Source: a virus
Strand: one strand, 5' to 3'
IMG/VR virus record: IMGVR_UViG_3300010373_000007
Coordinates: 4,792 to 68,791 of that record
Length of the DNA stretch: 64,000 nt
In this document: piece after piece, positions 35,830-43,724 of the stretch
How the letters are laid out: each line of letters opens with the position of its first letter
Position numbering within the stretch: position 1 is the first letter of the stretch
Notes under the pieces: generated by a model
The model's input: the letters and a program-made list of their open reading frames with translations, nothing else
What the model was told of the DNA's origin: nothing
Databases searched by the model: none
Position numbers and translations under genes: made by a program

Positions 35830-36407
35830 GCCTTCGGCGCCCTCCGGGCCGTTTCCTCGCGCTGCGCCTGGGCGATGAAATTCAGGACGCCTTTGTCCTC
35901 CTCGGGCCATGCGGTCGGGAGCGGCGTCCCGTCGGTCTTGAAGAACGCGAACAGCGAGGCGAGGTCGCTCATCTCGCAGAGGACGTCCTCGGCCTCATGC
36001 GTGAAGGGGATCGACGAGACGAGCCGGAAGATGCCGTGGGGGTCCGATCCATCGACATCGAAGACCGCGATCGCGTCCTGGATGAGGTTCGTCGGGCACT
36101 GATGGGAGTGGATGAAGTAATCGTCGTGGTCGCTTGGCGTCGCGGAGCTGTACTGGTTCCGCAAGACGAAATAGACATCGCCGATCCGGACGAGGTAGAG
36201 GCGCCCCTTCCGCTCTCTGGTCGAGAAGGTCACGTCGGCGCCGTCCGCCGTCACGGTCCCGCGGACCTCCTGGTTGCAGTCGGTATTTCGACACGACCAC
36301 GGACCGAAGGGGGAGCCCAGCTTCAGGTGGTCGATCGACCCGAAGTGACCACCGCACGCTTCGCACGCGATCCGATGTATCACCTGGATCTTCGCCGCGA
36401 TAGTCAT
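35826..36407 (-). CDS. Hypothetical zinc-binding protein
   Basis: 193 aa. CEACGG...CRNTDC near the N-terminus. ATGA-coupled. Confidence 0.55.
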   Translation of the reverse strand: MTIAAKIQVIHRIACEACGGHFGSIDHLKLGSPFGPWSCRNTDCNQEVRGTVTADGADVTFSTRERKGRLYLVRIGDVYFVLRNQYSSATPSDHDDYFIHSHQCPTNLIQDAIAVFDVDGSDPHGIFRLVSSIPFTHEAEDVLCEMSDLASLFAFFKTDGTPLPTAWPEEDKGVLNFIAQAQREETARRAPKA

Positions 36408-36604
36408 CCGCGCGCCTTTACCCGGCCGACGATGTTCCGCGGACCAGCGGCCGCGCGCCCGGCCTTCACGCGGTCGTCCAGGTCGGCGCACATCTCTGCC
36501 TCGCGGGCCGCGTCCCGCCAGCGCCCGGTCGCCACCGCAAGCTTGAGGCGTGTCTCGGCGGTGCTCCTCGCGACCCTGAACTTCGTCTCCTCATCGTCGG
36601 ACAC
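36404..36604 (-). CDS. Small hypothetical protein
   Basis: GTG start inferred. 66 aa, VSDDEETKFRVARSTAETRLKLA.... Start uncertain. Confidence 0.35.
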   Translation of the reverse strand: MSDDEETKFRVARSTAETRLKLAVATGRWRDAAREAEMCADLDDRVKAGRAAAGPRNIVGRVKARG

Positions 36605-37481
36605 GGCGGACCTCCTCGATGTACGGATCGTACAGCGGCCCCTTGGCGGCGCCAGGGACGGCGTAGCTCGCATCGGCGTACTGGATGACCTCCCCGGCGT
36701 CGTCGAGCTTGAGCGACGAGTAGTGGTAGAGGACCACGTCGCAGAACGTCCACGGCGGGCCGCGCCGGAAGATGCGGGGCGGATCGCCGGGCTCGGCCGC
36801 CAGGATCCCATCGCACGAGGCGCGGAGGTTCCAGGGCGCGAGGTTGACGCCGGGATTCTTGATGACGTGCGCCGGGATGATCTCGTCGATCAGCGCCAGC
36901 CAACCCTGGTCCCCGAAGATCACGCGCCCGTCGAGCAGCTCCAGGAACCCCTGGTAGGCCCACTGCTCGGCGTGGTTTGCCATGAAGATCGCCGGCGCGG
37001 GGTCGCGGAACCACGCCCAGCCGCCGTTGAAGCGCCCGAACTTCCCGTGGCTCTCCTGCGTCACGCCCTGGAGCCCGCGCGCGGCCGGCGCGAAGCGGTG
37101 CTCCGTCAGGGCCCAGGGCGCGGGAGACACCTCCAGCTCTTGCCAGAGGGCCTCCGGCGACGACCAGAACCACATGTCCCCGTCGATCGCCATGATCTGA
37201 CCGTGCGCAGAGGCGAGGTCGGCGAACCAGCGCCAGCGCACCGAGCAGTTGTACTCGTTCGGGTTGCGCGGGCGCCCAGGCAGCCGCGCGAGGTGCGGGT
37301 ACCTGGCGACGAGGTCCGACCCGCGCGTGAAGATCAGCTGGCGATCCTCGGCGGTGATGTCGGCGATCGGCTCGTAGTCGGTCGCCAGGACGTGCAGCGC
37401 GAACGGGCGGCAGTGCCGCTTCATCGACTCGTAGAGGACGCATGCCTGCCAGGCCGGGGCGGCGGTGGCGTAGTGCCTCAC
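36591..37481 (-). CDS. GT8-like nucleotide-sugar glycosyltransferase
   Basis: 296 aa. IMAIDGDMWF (DxD), RFNGGWAWF, FGDQGWL and NLAPWN follow the order of GT8 motifs. Confidence 0.65.
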   Translation of the reverse strand: MRHYATAAPAWQACVLYESMKRHCRPFALHVLATDYEPIADITAEDRQLIFTRGSDLVARYPHLARLPGRPRNPNEYNCSVRWRWFADLASAHGQIMAIDGDMWFWSSPEALWQELEVSPAPWALTEHRFAPAARGLQGVTQESHGKFGRFNGGWAWFRDPAPAIFMANHAEQWAYQGFLELLDGRVIFGDQGWLALIDEIIPAHVIKNPGVNLAPWNLRASCDGILAAEPGDPPRIFRRGPPWTFCDVVLYHYSSLKLDDAGEVIQYADASYAVPGAAKGPLYDPYIEEVRRVRR

Positions 37482-37729
37482 GGCGAGAACCCCGCGCGCG
37501 CGTTCGCGGCCTTGGCCCGATCGTTCCTCGGCTCCGTGCTCCAGATGCCGTGGGCGGGGGCGAGCCGCGGGAAGGGAACGACCTCGTCGGCCTCACGCAT
37601 CGCCAGGATGTCCTCCAGGTCGCGCGCGCCGTTATGCTCCGCGTCCCGGTGCAGGATCAGGCAGAACTCCGCGCCGCCGGGTCCGAGGAACTCGGCGGGA
37701 AAGTCCGCCCCGCACACGCCGCATGTCAC
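37478..37729 (-). CDS. Hypothetical small protein
   Basis: 83 aa, CGVCG near the N-terminus. Coupled on both sides. Confidence 0.45.
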   Translation of the reverse strand: MTCGVCGADFPAEFLGPGGAEFCLILHRDAEHNGARDLEDILAMREADEVVPFPRLAPAHGIWSTEPRNDRAKAANARAGFSP

Positions 37730-38604
37730 GGCGCGCGCCGCTCCTGCTCGTTCAGCCAGTCGATGTCGGTTTGGCCCATGGCCTGGACGTTGGCGAGGTA
37801 GGCCGACGTCTGCTTACGCTCCTCGAAGTCCGCCTCCTTCGAGTAGGAGATGTGCAGCGACCGCTCGCGGCTCCAGCCGGTGCAGGACTGAGCCGCCCAG
37901 GCGAAGGCGGAGTCGTCCTTCGTCCCCGTCAGCCAGGCGACCTCGCGCGACATCGGCCCGAGCTGCTCCGCGGTCCACCCGCGCGACCCCCAGATGTTCG
38001 CGATCAGCTTGGTCGGGCGCGCCGCCGCCAGGTACGCATCGCGGTGGTAGAGGTCCCACGCCTGCTCGGGGGGCGTCACCTGGACCGATGGGTGGTCGAT
38101 CCACCAGGGGACCTGGAGAACCATCGATCCATTTATGTGCGGCCGACCGCCCATGTAGGGACCCGTCACGGACTTGCCGGCGGCGATCGTCCGCTCGTGC
38201 TCCTCCAGCAGCCGGTCCAGCCAATCGGCGCGCAGCGGGCACCCGTCGGCCTCGGCAAGGAACACGGCGGAGCGCGCGAAGCCGTCCCGCCAGAGCCCCG
38301 CCAGGTGGTCGAGCGTCCCGCCGGCCAGGGCGTTGCAGCCGGCGGGGTGGCCCTCTCCATCCCGGGCCGAGCGCGCGACCATCACCGGGAAGCGCTTGGA
38401 CAGCTTCTCGACCGCGTCGGGGAACGCGATTTCCGCGCGCGTCGTGTCCTTGCGGCAGATCAGGAGCATCGTGACGTCGCCGCGCGGGCGCGGCTCGATC
38501 GCCGCCAGCAGCCGTGCCAGCCGGAGCGCCTTGGCCTGGTCCCCGGCCCAGAACTGGATCGCGACGACGAGGCCCTTGGGTCCGGCAGGCAGGCGGAGGC
38601 CCAT
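37726..38604 (-). CDS. Putative second transferase (GT-A-like?), function unknown
   Basis: 292 aa. VVAIQFWAGDQ..., GHPAGCN and FLAEADGCPL (DxD-like). Fold assignment is tentative. Confidence 0.5.
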   Translation of the reverse strand: MGLRLPAGPKGLVVAIQFWAGDQAKALRLARLLAAIEPRPRGDVTMLLICRKDTTRAEIAFPDAVEKLSKRFPVMVARSARDGEGHPAGCNALAGGTLDHLAGLWRDGFARSAVFLAEADGCPLRADWLDRLLEEHERTIAAGKSVTGPYMGGRPHINGSMVLQVPWWIDHPSVQVTPPEQAWDLYHRDAYLAAARPTKLIANIWGSRGWTAEQLGPMSREVAWLTGTKDDSAFAWAAQSCTGWSRERSLHISYSKEADFEERKQTSAYLANVQAMGQTDIDWLNEQERRAP

Positions 38605-38948
38605 CAGTCCACCATCTCCTCGGGAATCTCGACCTCCTTGATGGTCCCCTCCATCGGGTCATTCTCCAGGCCAAGTTCGACGAGCCGCTGGGTTGCCTGA
38701 TGGGCGTGCTCGAAATCCTCGCGGAACGGGATGCCCTTCAGCTTCCCCTCGATCCGGTGGCGCTTGACCATCTTCGGCGGCGCAGGGACGAGAACCGTCA
38801 TTCCCCAATCGGTCTTGCGGGCGACGAGCCTGCCGCCCTTGCCGTCGGTGATGATGACGCCGGTTACGTTGCCATCCGTCTTCTCCAACTCGACGCTCAC
38901 CCCGGCGAGCGAGACGTCCGACAGGTTCTTCACGGTCTTCATGTTCAT
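38604..38948 (-). CDS. Hypothetical protein
   Basis: ATG 38948 preceded by GGAGGG. 114 aa. Confidence 0.55.
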   Translation of the reverse strand: MNMKTVKNLSDVSLAGVSVELEKTDGNVTGVIITDGKGGRLVARKTDWGMTVLVPAPPKMVKRHRIEGKLKGIPFREDFEHAHQATQRLVELGLENDPMEGTIKEVEIPEEMVD

Positions 38949-38971
38949 GGCTGGGTTTCCCTCCGCCACGA

Positions 38972-38981
38972 ACATTACGCC
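38972..38981 (-). promoter_or_regulatory. GGCGTAATGT box
   Basis: In the gap between 38989..39348 and the next gene, 26 nt before ATG 38948. Confidence 0.35.
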
Positions 38982-38988
38982 GCCCCGG

Positions 38989-39348
38989 TCACGGGACCTG
39001 CGGGTTCAGCCGGATCAGCAGCGAGCGGTCCGGCGGCCAGGTAATCCGCTCGCCCCCCGCCGGCTGCTGGATGAGGAAGTTCCCCTGGTAGTCGCCCGGT
39101 ACCTGGGGCGAGCCGAGGTCGGTCGCGCGCCAGAGGTACTGAGCCTTGGTCTGGGGTGTCGTCCCCGCCACCGACCCGACCAGGTCGACCGCCGCTACCG
39201 TCTCGTTCAGGGGCCCGACGTGGAGCGTGACGGTCGCCCCCGTGATGTCGATATAGGACCCGAAGGCATCGGTGACCGTGAAGGCCATGGGGACGTTGTC
39301 GTCGCCCACCCAGAACTCGAAGTCGGGGACGGGGTCGTTCTCGCTCAT
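38989..39348 (-). CDS. Hypothetical Ig-like/beta-sandwich protein
   Basis: 119 aa. ...DITGATVTLHVGP...YLWRATDLGSPQVPGDYQGNF... resembles phage Ig-like domains. Confidence 0.5.
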   Translation of the reverse strand: MSENDPVPDFEFWVGDDNVPMAFTVTDAFGSYIDITGATVTLHVGPLNETVAAVDLVGSVAGTTPQTKAQYLWRATDLGSPQVPGDYQGNFLIQQPAGGERITWPPDRSLLIRLNPQVP

Positions 39349-39381
39349 GGGGCGATGGTACCACCGCCTGGGTCAGCGGGC

Positions 39382-39603
39382 CTACCCGCCGGAGCGAACG
39401 GCGTCCGCGGCTTCCTGGGCCTTGTCGCGGTAGCGCTGGTGCCGGGCCGGAGCCGAGGCGCGCCAGCCGTCGATCACCGCGGCGGCCTCCTCGGGATTGA
39501 GCGGCCGCCCCTGGGCGCACTCGAAGTTGACGGTGATGGTGCGGGCGTCGATCCCGCGCGCGCCCAGCTCCTCGGCCTTCTCCCTGATCTGGCTGGTGGT
39601 CAT
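39382..39603 (-). CDS. Hypothetical small protein
   Basis: 73 aa. The start is preceded by an AT-rich island and has no SD. Confidence 0.5.
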   Translation of the reverse strand: MTTSQIREKAEELGARGIDARTITVNFECAQGRPLNPEEAAAVIDGWRASAPARHQRYRDKAQEAADAVRSGG

Positions 39604-39611
39604 GAACGGAC

Positions 39612-39624
39612 AATAATATCTATC
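39612..39624 (-). promoter_or_regulatory. AT-rich -10-like island (GATAGATATTATT on gene strand)
   Basis: TATTAT at 39613-39618. CTGGAC lies 15 nt upstream. ATG 39603 follows 9 nt downstream. Confidence 0.35.
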
Positions 39625-39641
39625 GTTGCCGCCGTCCAGGG

Positions 39642-40526
39642 CTATTCGGAGGCGCCCGGCTCGGCCAGTTCTAGTGAGATTTCAACCTTGCCGCAGGCTT
39701 TCGTTGCCTTGGCCGGGTCGCCCTTGCAGAAGACCAGTACATTCTGGTGGGTCTTCCCTAGTTTGCGACCGGCGGCGAACTGGCGTCCGGCCCGGATGCT
39801 CAACGACCCGACGGCCGTCACCAAGATCGCTTCGTTGTAGAGCCGCGCGCCAGCCGCCTCGAACGCCAGCTCCGTGTCTCGCACGAAGCCGCGATAGAAG
39901 CCTTTGCGGTCCCGAAAATCTCCCACGACGATACATGCGAAGCGATCCTGGCGGAGTTGCGCGACGCTCGCCGCGATGATCTGCCGGTACTTCTCGGCGA
40001 ACGCGTCGTAGCCGAGCGTCGACAGGTCTCGCGGGTCGTCGCTGTAGACCTCCAGGTCACCGTACGGCGGACAGGTGAACACGAAGTCGACCTGCCCTGG
40101 AGCCAGCGCCGCCACGTCGACCGAATCGCCAACGATCCAGATCGGCGCATGGTTGCCACAGATCACCTTCCCCTGCTGTCGGTTGGCCGATACCTGCTCC
40201 TCTCGAAGATCAATCCCGACGTACTTCCGGCCGACCTTGGAGGCGACGATTCCGCGCACGCTGCCGCCAGCGAACGGGTCGAGGACAGTTCCGCCCTTGG
40301 GCGAGAACCAGAGATAGGCCAGCTCGCAAAGGACGGGATCGAAGATCGACGTCCCGCTGGCAGCATTCAGAATGCTGCCAGCCTCCGTATTGGAGGTGTT
40401 GCCGGGTGGATTGAAGGCTCCCTTTTTCTTCACGCGCTGCCCCCCCCTACAACGTGCTCGCCGCGCATCAGGTCTTGCCCGAACGTACGCCCGAACTGCT
40501 TCACAGCGGATGCCCCGCTCCGTCAC
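39642..40526 (-). CDS. DNA methyltransferase (amino-MTase; motif I DPFAGGS, motif IV TCPPY)
   Basis: GTG start. ...TSIFDPVLCELAYLWFSPKGGTVLDPFAGGSVRG...VFTCPPYGDLEVYSDD.... Confidence 0.8.
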   Translation of the reverse strand: MTERGIRCEAVRAYVRARPDARRARCRGGQRVKKKGAFNPPGNTSNTEAGSILNAASGTSIFDPVLCELAYLWFSPKGGTVLDPFAGGSVRGIVASKVGRKYVGIDLREEQVSANRQQGKVICGNHAPIWIVGDSVDVAALAPGQVDFVFTCPPYGDLEVYSDDPRDLSTLGYDAFAEKYRQIIAASVAQLRQDRFACIVVGDFRDRKGFYRGFVRDTELAFEAAGARLYNEAILVTAVGSLSIRAGRQFAAGRKLGKTHQNVLVFCKGDPAKATKACGKVEISLELAEPGASE

Positions 40527-41292
40527 CGCGCATGATCTTGCCGTTCCGCCCGAGCTTCATCGCCGGCCTCGGGTTGCCGCCGGGGCTTTCTCGCCCCCTC
40601 CTTACGTGAGCGTTCTTCGCTCGATCCAGCGGCATCGGCCCCCCCCCAATCGGGGCGGTTCGGCCAAGCTCCGACTTGATGCCGAGCGAGAGCCATGCCC
40701 GCTTGCGCTCTTGCCAGTAGCCCTGTCGCGCGTCGAGCACCGAGAAGGGCGGAACCAGGAACTGCTCGGCTAGGCTGCCGGGAGGCGCGTCAGGCGTCGC
40801 CGGCGTGACGAGCGCGGCCCATTGCTCGCCGTCAAGGCCGGTGCCGAGGAGCCCGTCGGTGGCGACTACCTCGCGGAGGAGCGCGGCCAAGCCGTCCTCG
40901 TCACGCTCGGCGAGGTTGCCTACCTCGTTGTCGATCGCGACCAGCTTCAGGGCGCGCGGGTCGCTGGGCGCGAGCGGGAGGCGGCGCGCGCTGATCTTCT
41001 TGCGACCGGCGCGGCGGGCGGCCTTGACCACGCCGTGGCCCATGAGGATCGTCCCCTCGCGGGCGATGACGACATTCTTGTAGACGCCGGCGACCCGCAT
41101 CGCCTCCTCGATGTGCTCGATCTGGGCGTCGGGATGCTGCTTGTAGTTGCGCGGGTGATCCTTGAGGGAGGCCAGTGCCACCAGCTCCGTCGGCGTCTCC
41201 TCCAGCTCGGCCCCGGGGATGGGCTTCGACTTCCTCGCCTCGGCTTCTTTCGGCAAGGCCCCAGGATGCACCCGGTTTGACCGCGCGCGCAA
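40501..41292 (-). CDS. ParB-like nuclease-domain protein (N-terminal part of a ParB-methyltransferase architecture?)
   Basis: The track start is TTG, so the true start is uncertain. LKDHPRNYKQHPDAQIEHIEEAMRVAGVYKNVVIAREGTILMGHGVVKAARRAG is a ParB N-terminal domain. FSVLDARQGYWQERKRAWLSLGI follows. The last ~40 aa look like shadow. Confidence 0.7.
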   Translation of the reverse strand: MRARSNRVHPGALPKEAEARKSKPIPGAELEETPTELVALASLKDHPRNYKQHPDAQIEHIEEAMRVAGVYKNVVIAREGTILMGHGVVKAARRAGRKKISARRLPLAPSDPRALKLVAIDNEVGNLAERDEDGLAALLREVVATDGLLGTGLDGEQWAALVTPATPDAPPGSLAEQFLVPPFSVLDARQGYWQERKRAWLSLGIKSELGRTAPIGGGPMPLDRAKNAHVRRGRESPGGNPRPAMKLGRNGKIMRGDGAGHPL

Positions 41293-41336
41293 TGGTGACT
41301 ACGCTCTACCCCGTGCGCACAACCGACCGCCAGACG

Positions 41337-41388
41337 CCCAGGGCGCCGCGCTGACCCCCTCTCAGGAAGGCGGCGCGGCGCTCCTGGG
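41337..41388 (-). terminator. GC-rich hairpin between lysozyme and ParB-like genes
   Basis: CCCAGGGCGCCGCGC...GCGCGGCGCTCCTGGG imperfect inverted repeat in a 107-nt gap. No U-tract. Confidence 0.3.
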
Positions 41389-41399
41389 AAGAGGCAGGG

Positions 41400-42056
41400 T
41401 CAGGGGCTCTTGATGTACGGCGCGCCGGCGGGGACCAGGGCGGCGAAGGTGCGGAGCGAGGCGAGGTCGCCGTTCCAGACGTCCAGGTCGACGTTGCCGC
41501 CGATCCCTGGCTCCCGCCCGGTCTGCGAGTACTGCCACATCGCCCAACTCTTGCCGGCGGCAAGCCAGGGCGCGGGGACAAGCGGCTCCTGGTCGCCCGA
41601 GTCGTAGCGCGGCAGGAACAGCGCGATCTTGTCGGCCAGGTCCCACGTCGCCGGGTACTGATTTCCGACCCAGTAGCCGTTCGACGTGTAGAGGCAGGGC
41701 TGGCGGTCCGGGACATCGGCCAGGAGCTGGTCGAAGAACTCGTCCAGGTAGTCGAACGGCACGACGCTGGAGCGCTCGGTGTCGAGCGTGATCCGCTCGT
41801 TCGGGTAGAGCGGGCCCACCAGGTCCAGAACCCGCTTCGCCTGCCCGCGCGCGTCGCCGATCCCGGCCACGTGGTAGTACCAGACCAGCTCGAAGCCCAT
41901 CGAGCGGGCGCCGGCGATGTCGGCCGCCAGGGCGGGGTCGGTGTTCGTCTCGCCCTGGGATGTCTTGATCCCGACGAAGTCGACGGCGCGCCTGAGGGCG
42001 ACCCAGTCGCGCGGGGGATTCCAGTGGGAGACGTCGCAGCCCCGCGCTCGATCCAT
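41400..42056 (-). CDS. GH25 muramidase (endolysin)
   Basis: 218 aa. GCDVSHWN...VDFVGIKTSQGE... and ...WAMWQYSQTGREPGIGGNVDLDVWNG are GH25 hallmarks. Confidence 0.85.
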   Translation of the reverse strand: MDRARGCDVSHWNPPRDWVALRRAVDFVGIKTSQGETNTDPALAADIAGARSMGFELVWYYHVAGIGDARGQAKRVLDLVGPLYPNERITLDTERSSVVPFDYLDEFFDQLLADVPDRQPCLYTSNGYWVGNQYPATWDLADKIALFLPRYDSGDQEPLVPAPWLAAGKSWAMWQYSQTGREPGIGGNVDLDVWNGDLASLRTFAALVPAGAPYIKSP

Positions 42057-42100
42057 CGCCCCGGATGGTGCCGCGCGCGGGGGCGTGGGTCAAGCTCGGG

Positions 42101-42619
42101 TCAGAACGGGCAGCCCTCGTCCCATCGCCAGGTGTGGAAGCCAGGGCGCTCCCACCGGCCGTAGACCAAGATCATCAGATCCTTCGGGTACGGGTCCTTC
42201 TGGCCGACGAACTTGAGGCGGGGGCGAATCGGCTCGACGAGCGCCTTCCCCTCGACGTGGTCTGCGAACCAGTTCGTCCCCACCGCGGCCTGGACGAGGA
42301 CGGTTATCGCCCCAGGCATCGACGTGGCCTGCTCGGCGCACTTCTTCACGAACGGCGCGACGTTCCCGTGCGGCGGGTTCAGGAACCAGTGGCCCATGAC
42401 CACGCCGCGCTCGGGGAGCATCGCCCAGTCGACCGCCAGGGCGTCCTCGCCAAGCTGAGATCCGGGCCCCAGCCACTGCTCGCAAACCCGGTTCTCTTGG
42501 TTGGCGGCCAGGTCCAGGTTGATGGGTCCGAAGCGGTCGACGAGCGCCGCCAGGAACTCCGGCGGCGTCCCGACATCCTGCTTCGAGCGGTGGCGGTTCA
42601 GCCCGGCTCCGGTCTTCAT
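42101..42619 (-). CDS. Phage Dam-like N6-adenine DNA methyltransferase homologue with NPPH motif
   Basis: ATG 42619 in an ATGA overlap, 172 aa. VGTPPEFLAALVDRFGPINLDLAA...WFLNPPHGN...ITVLVQAAVGTNWF.... Confidence 0.65.
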   Translation of the reverse strand: MKTGAGLNRHRSKQDVGTPPEFLAALVDRFGPINLDLAANQENRVCEQWLGPGSQLGEDALAVDWAMLPERGVVMGHWFLNPPHGNVAPFVKKCAEQATSMPGAITVLVQAAVGTNWFADHVEGKALVEPIRPRLKFVGQKDPYPKDLMILVYGRWERPGFHTWRWDEGCPF

Positions 42620-42789
42620 GACGCCTCCTGTGGCGTAGTCCTGCGGATCGCTTCGCGCATCGGCACCGCGTCGCGCCTTGTGTTCTCGTCGCACCACTGC
42701 TCGGCGGCCGCCCGAAGCTCCTCGGGGCTGAAGGTGCCCAGGCCGATCTGGGCCAGGGTGGCAGCGATGACGTGGTAGTTCGGGCACAT
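42616..42789 (-). CDS. Small hypothetical protein
   Basis: 57 aa from an internal ATG (MCPNYHVIAATLAQ...). Confidence 0.4.
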   Translation of the reverse strand: MCPNYHVIAATLAQIGLGTFSPEELRAAAEQWCDENTRRDAVPMREAIRRTTPQEAS

Positions 42790-42833
42790 GACCGCCAGCC
42801 CCGCGGCGAAGGCGGCCGTTCCACGTGGAACCC

Positions 42834-43100
42834 TCACGACGAGCCCCCTGCCGCCGGCTGGTCGACCGCCGCCGCCATGCGCGACCACCCCCAGACAGTG
42901 TCGATCTCGGGGTTGGAGCCCCGCCCGCGCAGCCATGAGACGAAGCTCTCGACGCACGAGGCCGCGGTGGGGAGGCCGACGAATGTGGACTCGGCTCCGC
43001 CCGGCACCGTCACGTCCATCCGGTAGGGCGGGAGGTGGCCGTTCATGGGGGCGACAATGGCGCGAGCTCCGCCTTGCTCTAGGTCGAGGGTGATCCTCAT
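42834..43100 (-). CDS. Hypothetical protein
   Basis: ATG 43100 in an ATGA overlap. 88 aa. Confidence 0.45.
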   Translation of the reverse strand: MRITLDLEQGGARAIVAPMNGHLPPYRMDVTVPGGAESTFVGLPTAASCVESFVSWLRGRGSNPEIDTVWGWSRMAAAVDQPAAGGSS

Positions 43101-43699
43101 CGCCAACCCCGGATCAGGATCCGCAGGGCCCGCAGGCGGTCGGCCTCATCCGCCAGCTTGGCAACCCGCCGCTCCGCCCCGCTGGACGTCTTGTCGGCCT
43201 GGAACTGCTTGCGCAGGGCCGTCTCCATCTCGCCGATGAGGCGGTCCAGGCCGTAGGTCTTGACCGCCTCCACGGGGCTGACGATGCGCTCGGTGGCCTT
43301 CCAGCGAGATACCTCGCCTGGGACGGTGGACCAGGGGCCGTCGTAGACCAGCTCGACGAGTTCCCCGTCCTGGCGCAGCATGAGCCGCGTCCCCGAGTAG
43401 CGGCCGCGGGACGATATCGGCCCGCGGACGGTCGGCGCTCCGGTGGTGGGCCCCGCGCCACCCAGGTAGAGCCCGCGCCAGGGGGCCGGCTCGACGATCG
43501 TCCCGGCGCTGGTGGTGACGGACGCCAGGCCGACCTGCGAGGCGAGCGCCCGCAGGGCCGGGCCGACCGCCTGGATGACCTCGTGGAGGATGGTGGCCCG
43601 CTCGGCGAGCGCGGCGGCGCCGGCGGCGTCCAGGGCGTCCAGGCTGCGGCCAACCTGCTCGGCGACGCTGCGGAGGTCGGTGATGGTCTCGGTGTCCAT
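43097..43699 (-). CDS. Hypothetical protein
   Basis: 200 aa. ATG preceded by AAGGAG. Confidence 0.6.
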   Translation of the reverse strand: MDTETITDLRSVAEQVGRSLDALDAAGAAALAERATILHEVIQAVGPALRALASQVGLASVTTSAGTIVEPAPWRGLYLGGAGPTTGAPTVRGPISSRGRYSGTRLMLRQDGELVELVYDGPWSTVPGEVSRWKATERIVSPVEAVKTYGLDRLIGEMETALRKQFQADKTSSGAERRVAKLADEADRLRALRILIRGWR

Positions 43700-43714
43700 G
43701 GCGGGGGCTCCTTG

Positions 43715-43724
43715 AGGTTACGCC
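43715..43724 (-). promoter_or_regulatory. GGCGTAACCT box
   Basis: Its TAA is the stop of 43718..44533. 18 nt before ATG 43699, and an SD is present here. Confidence 0.35.
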
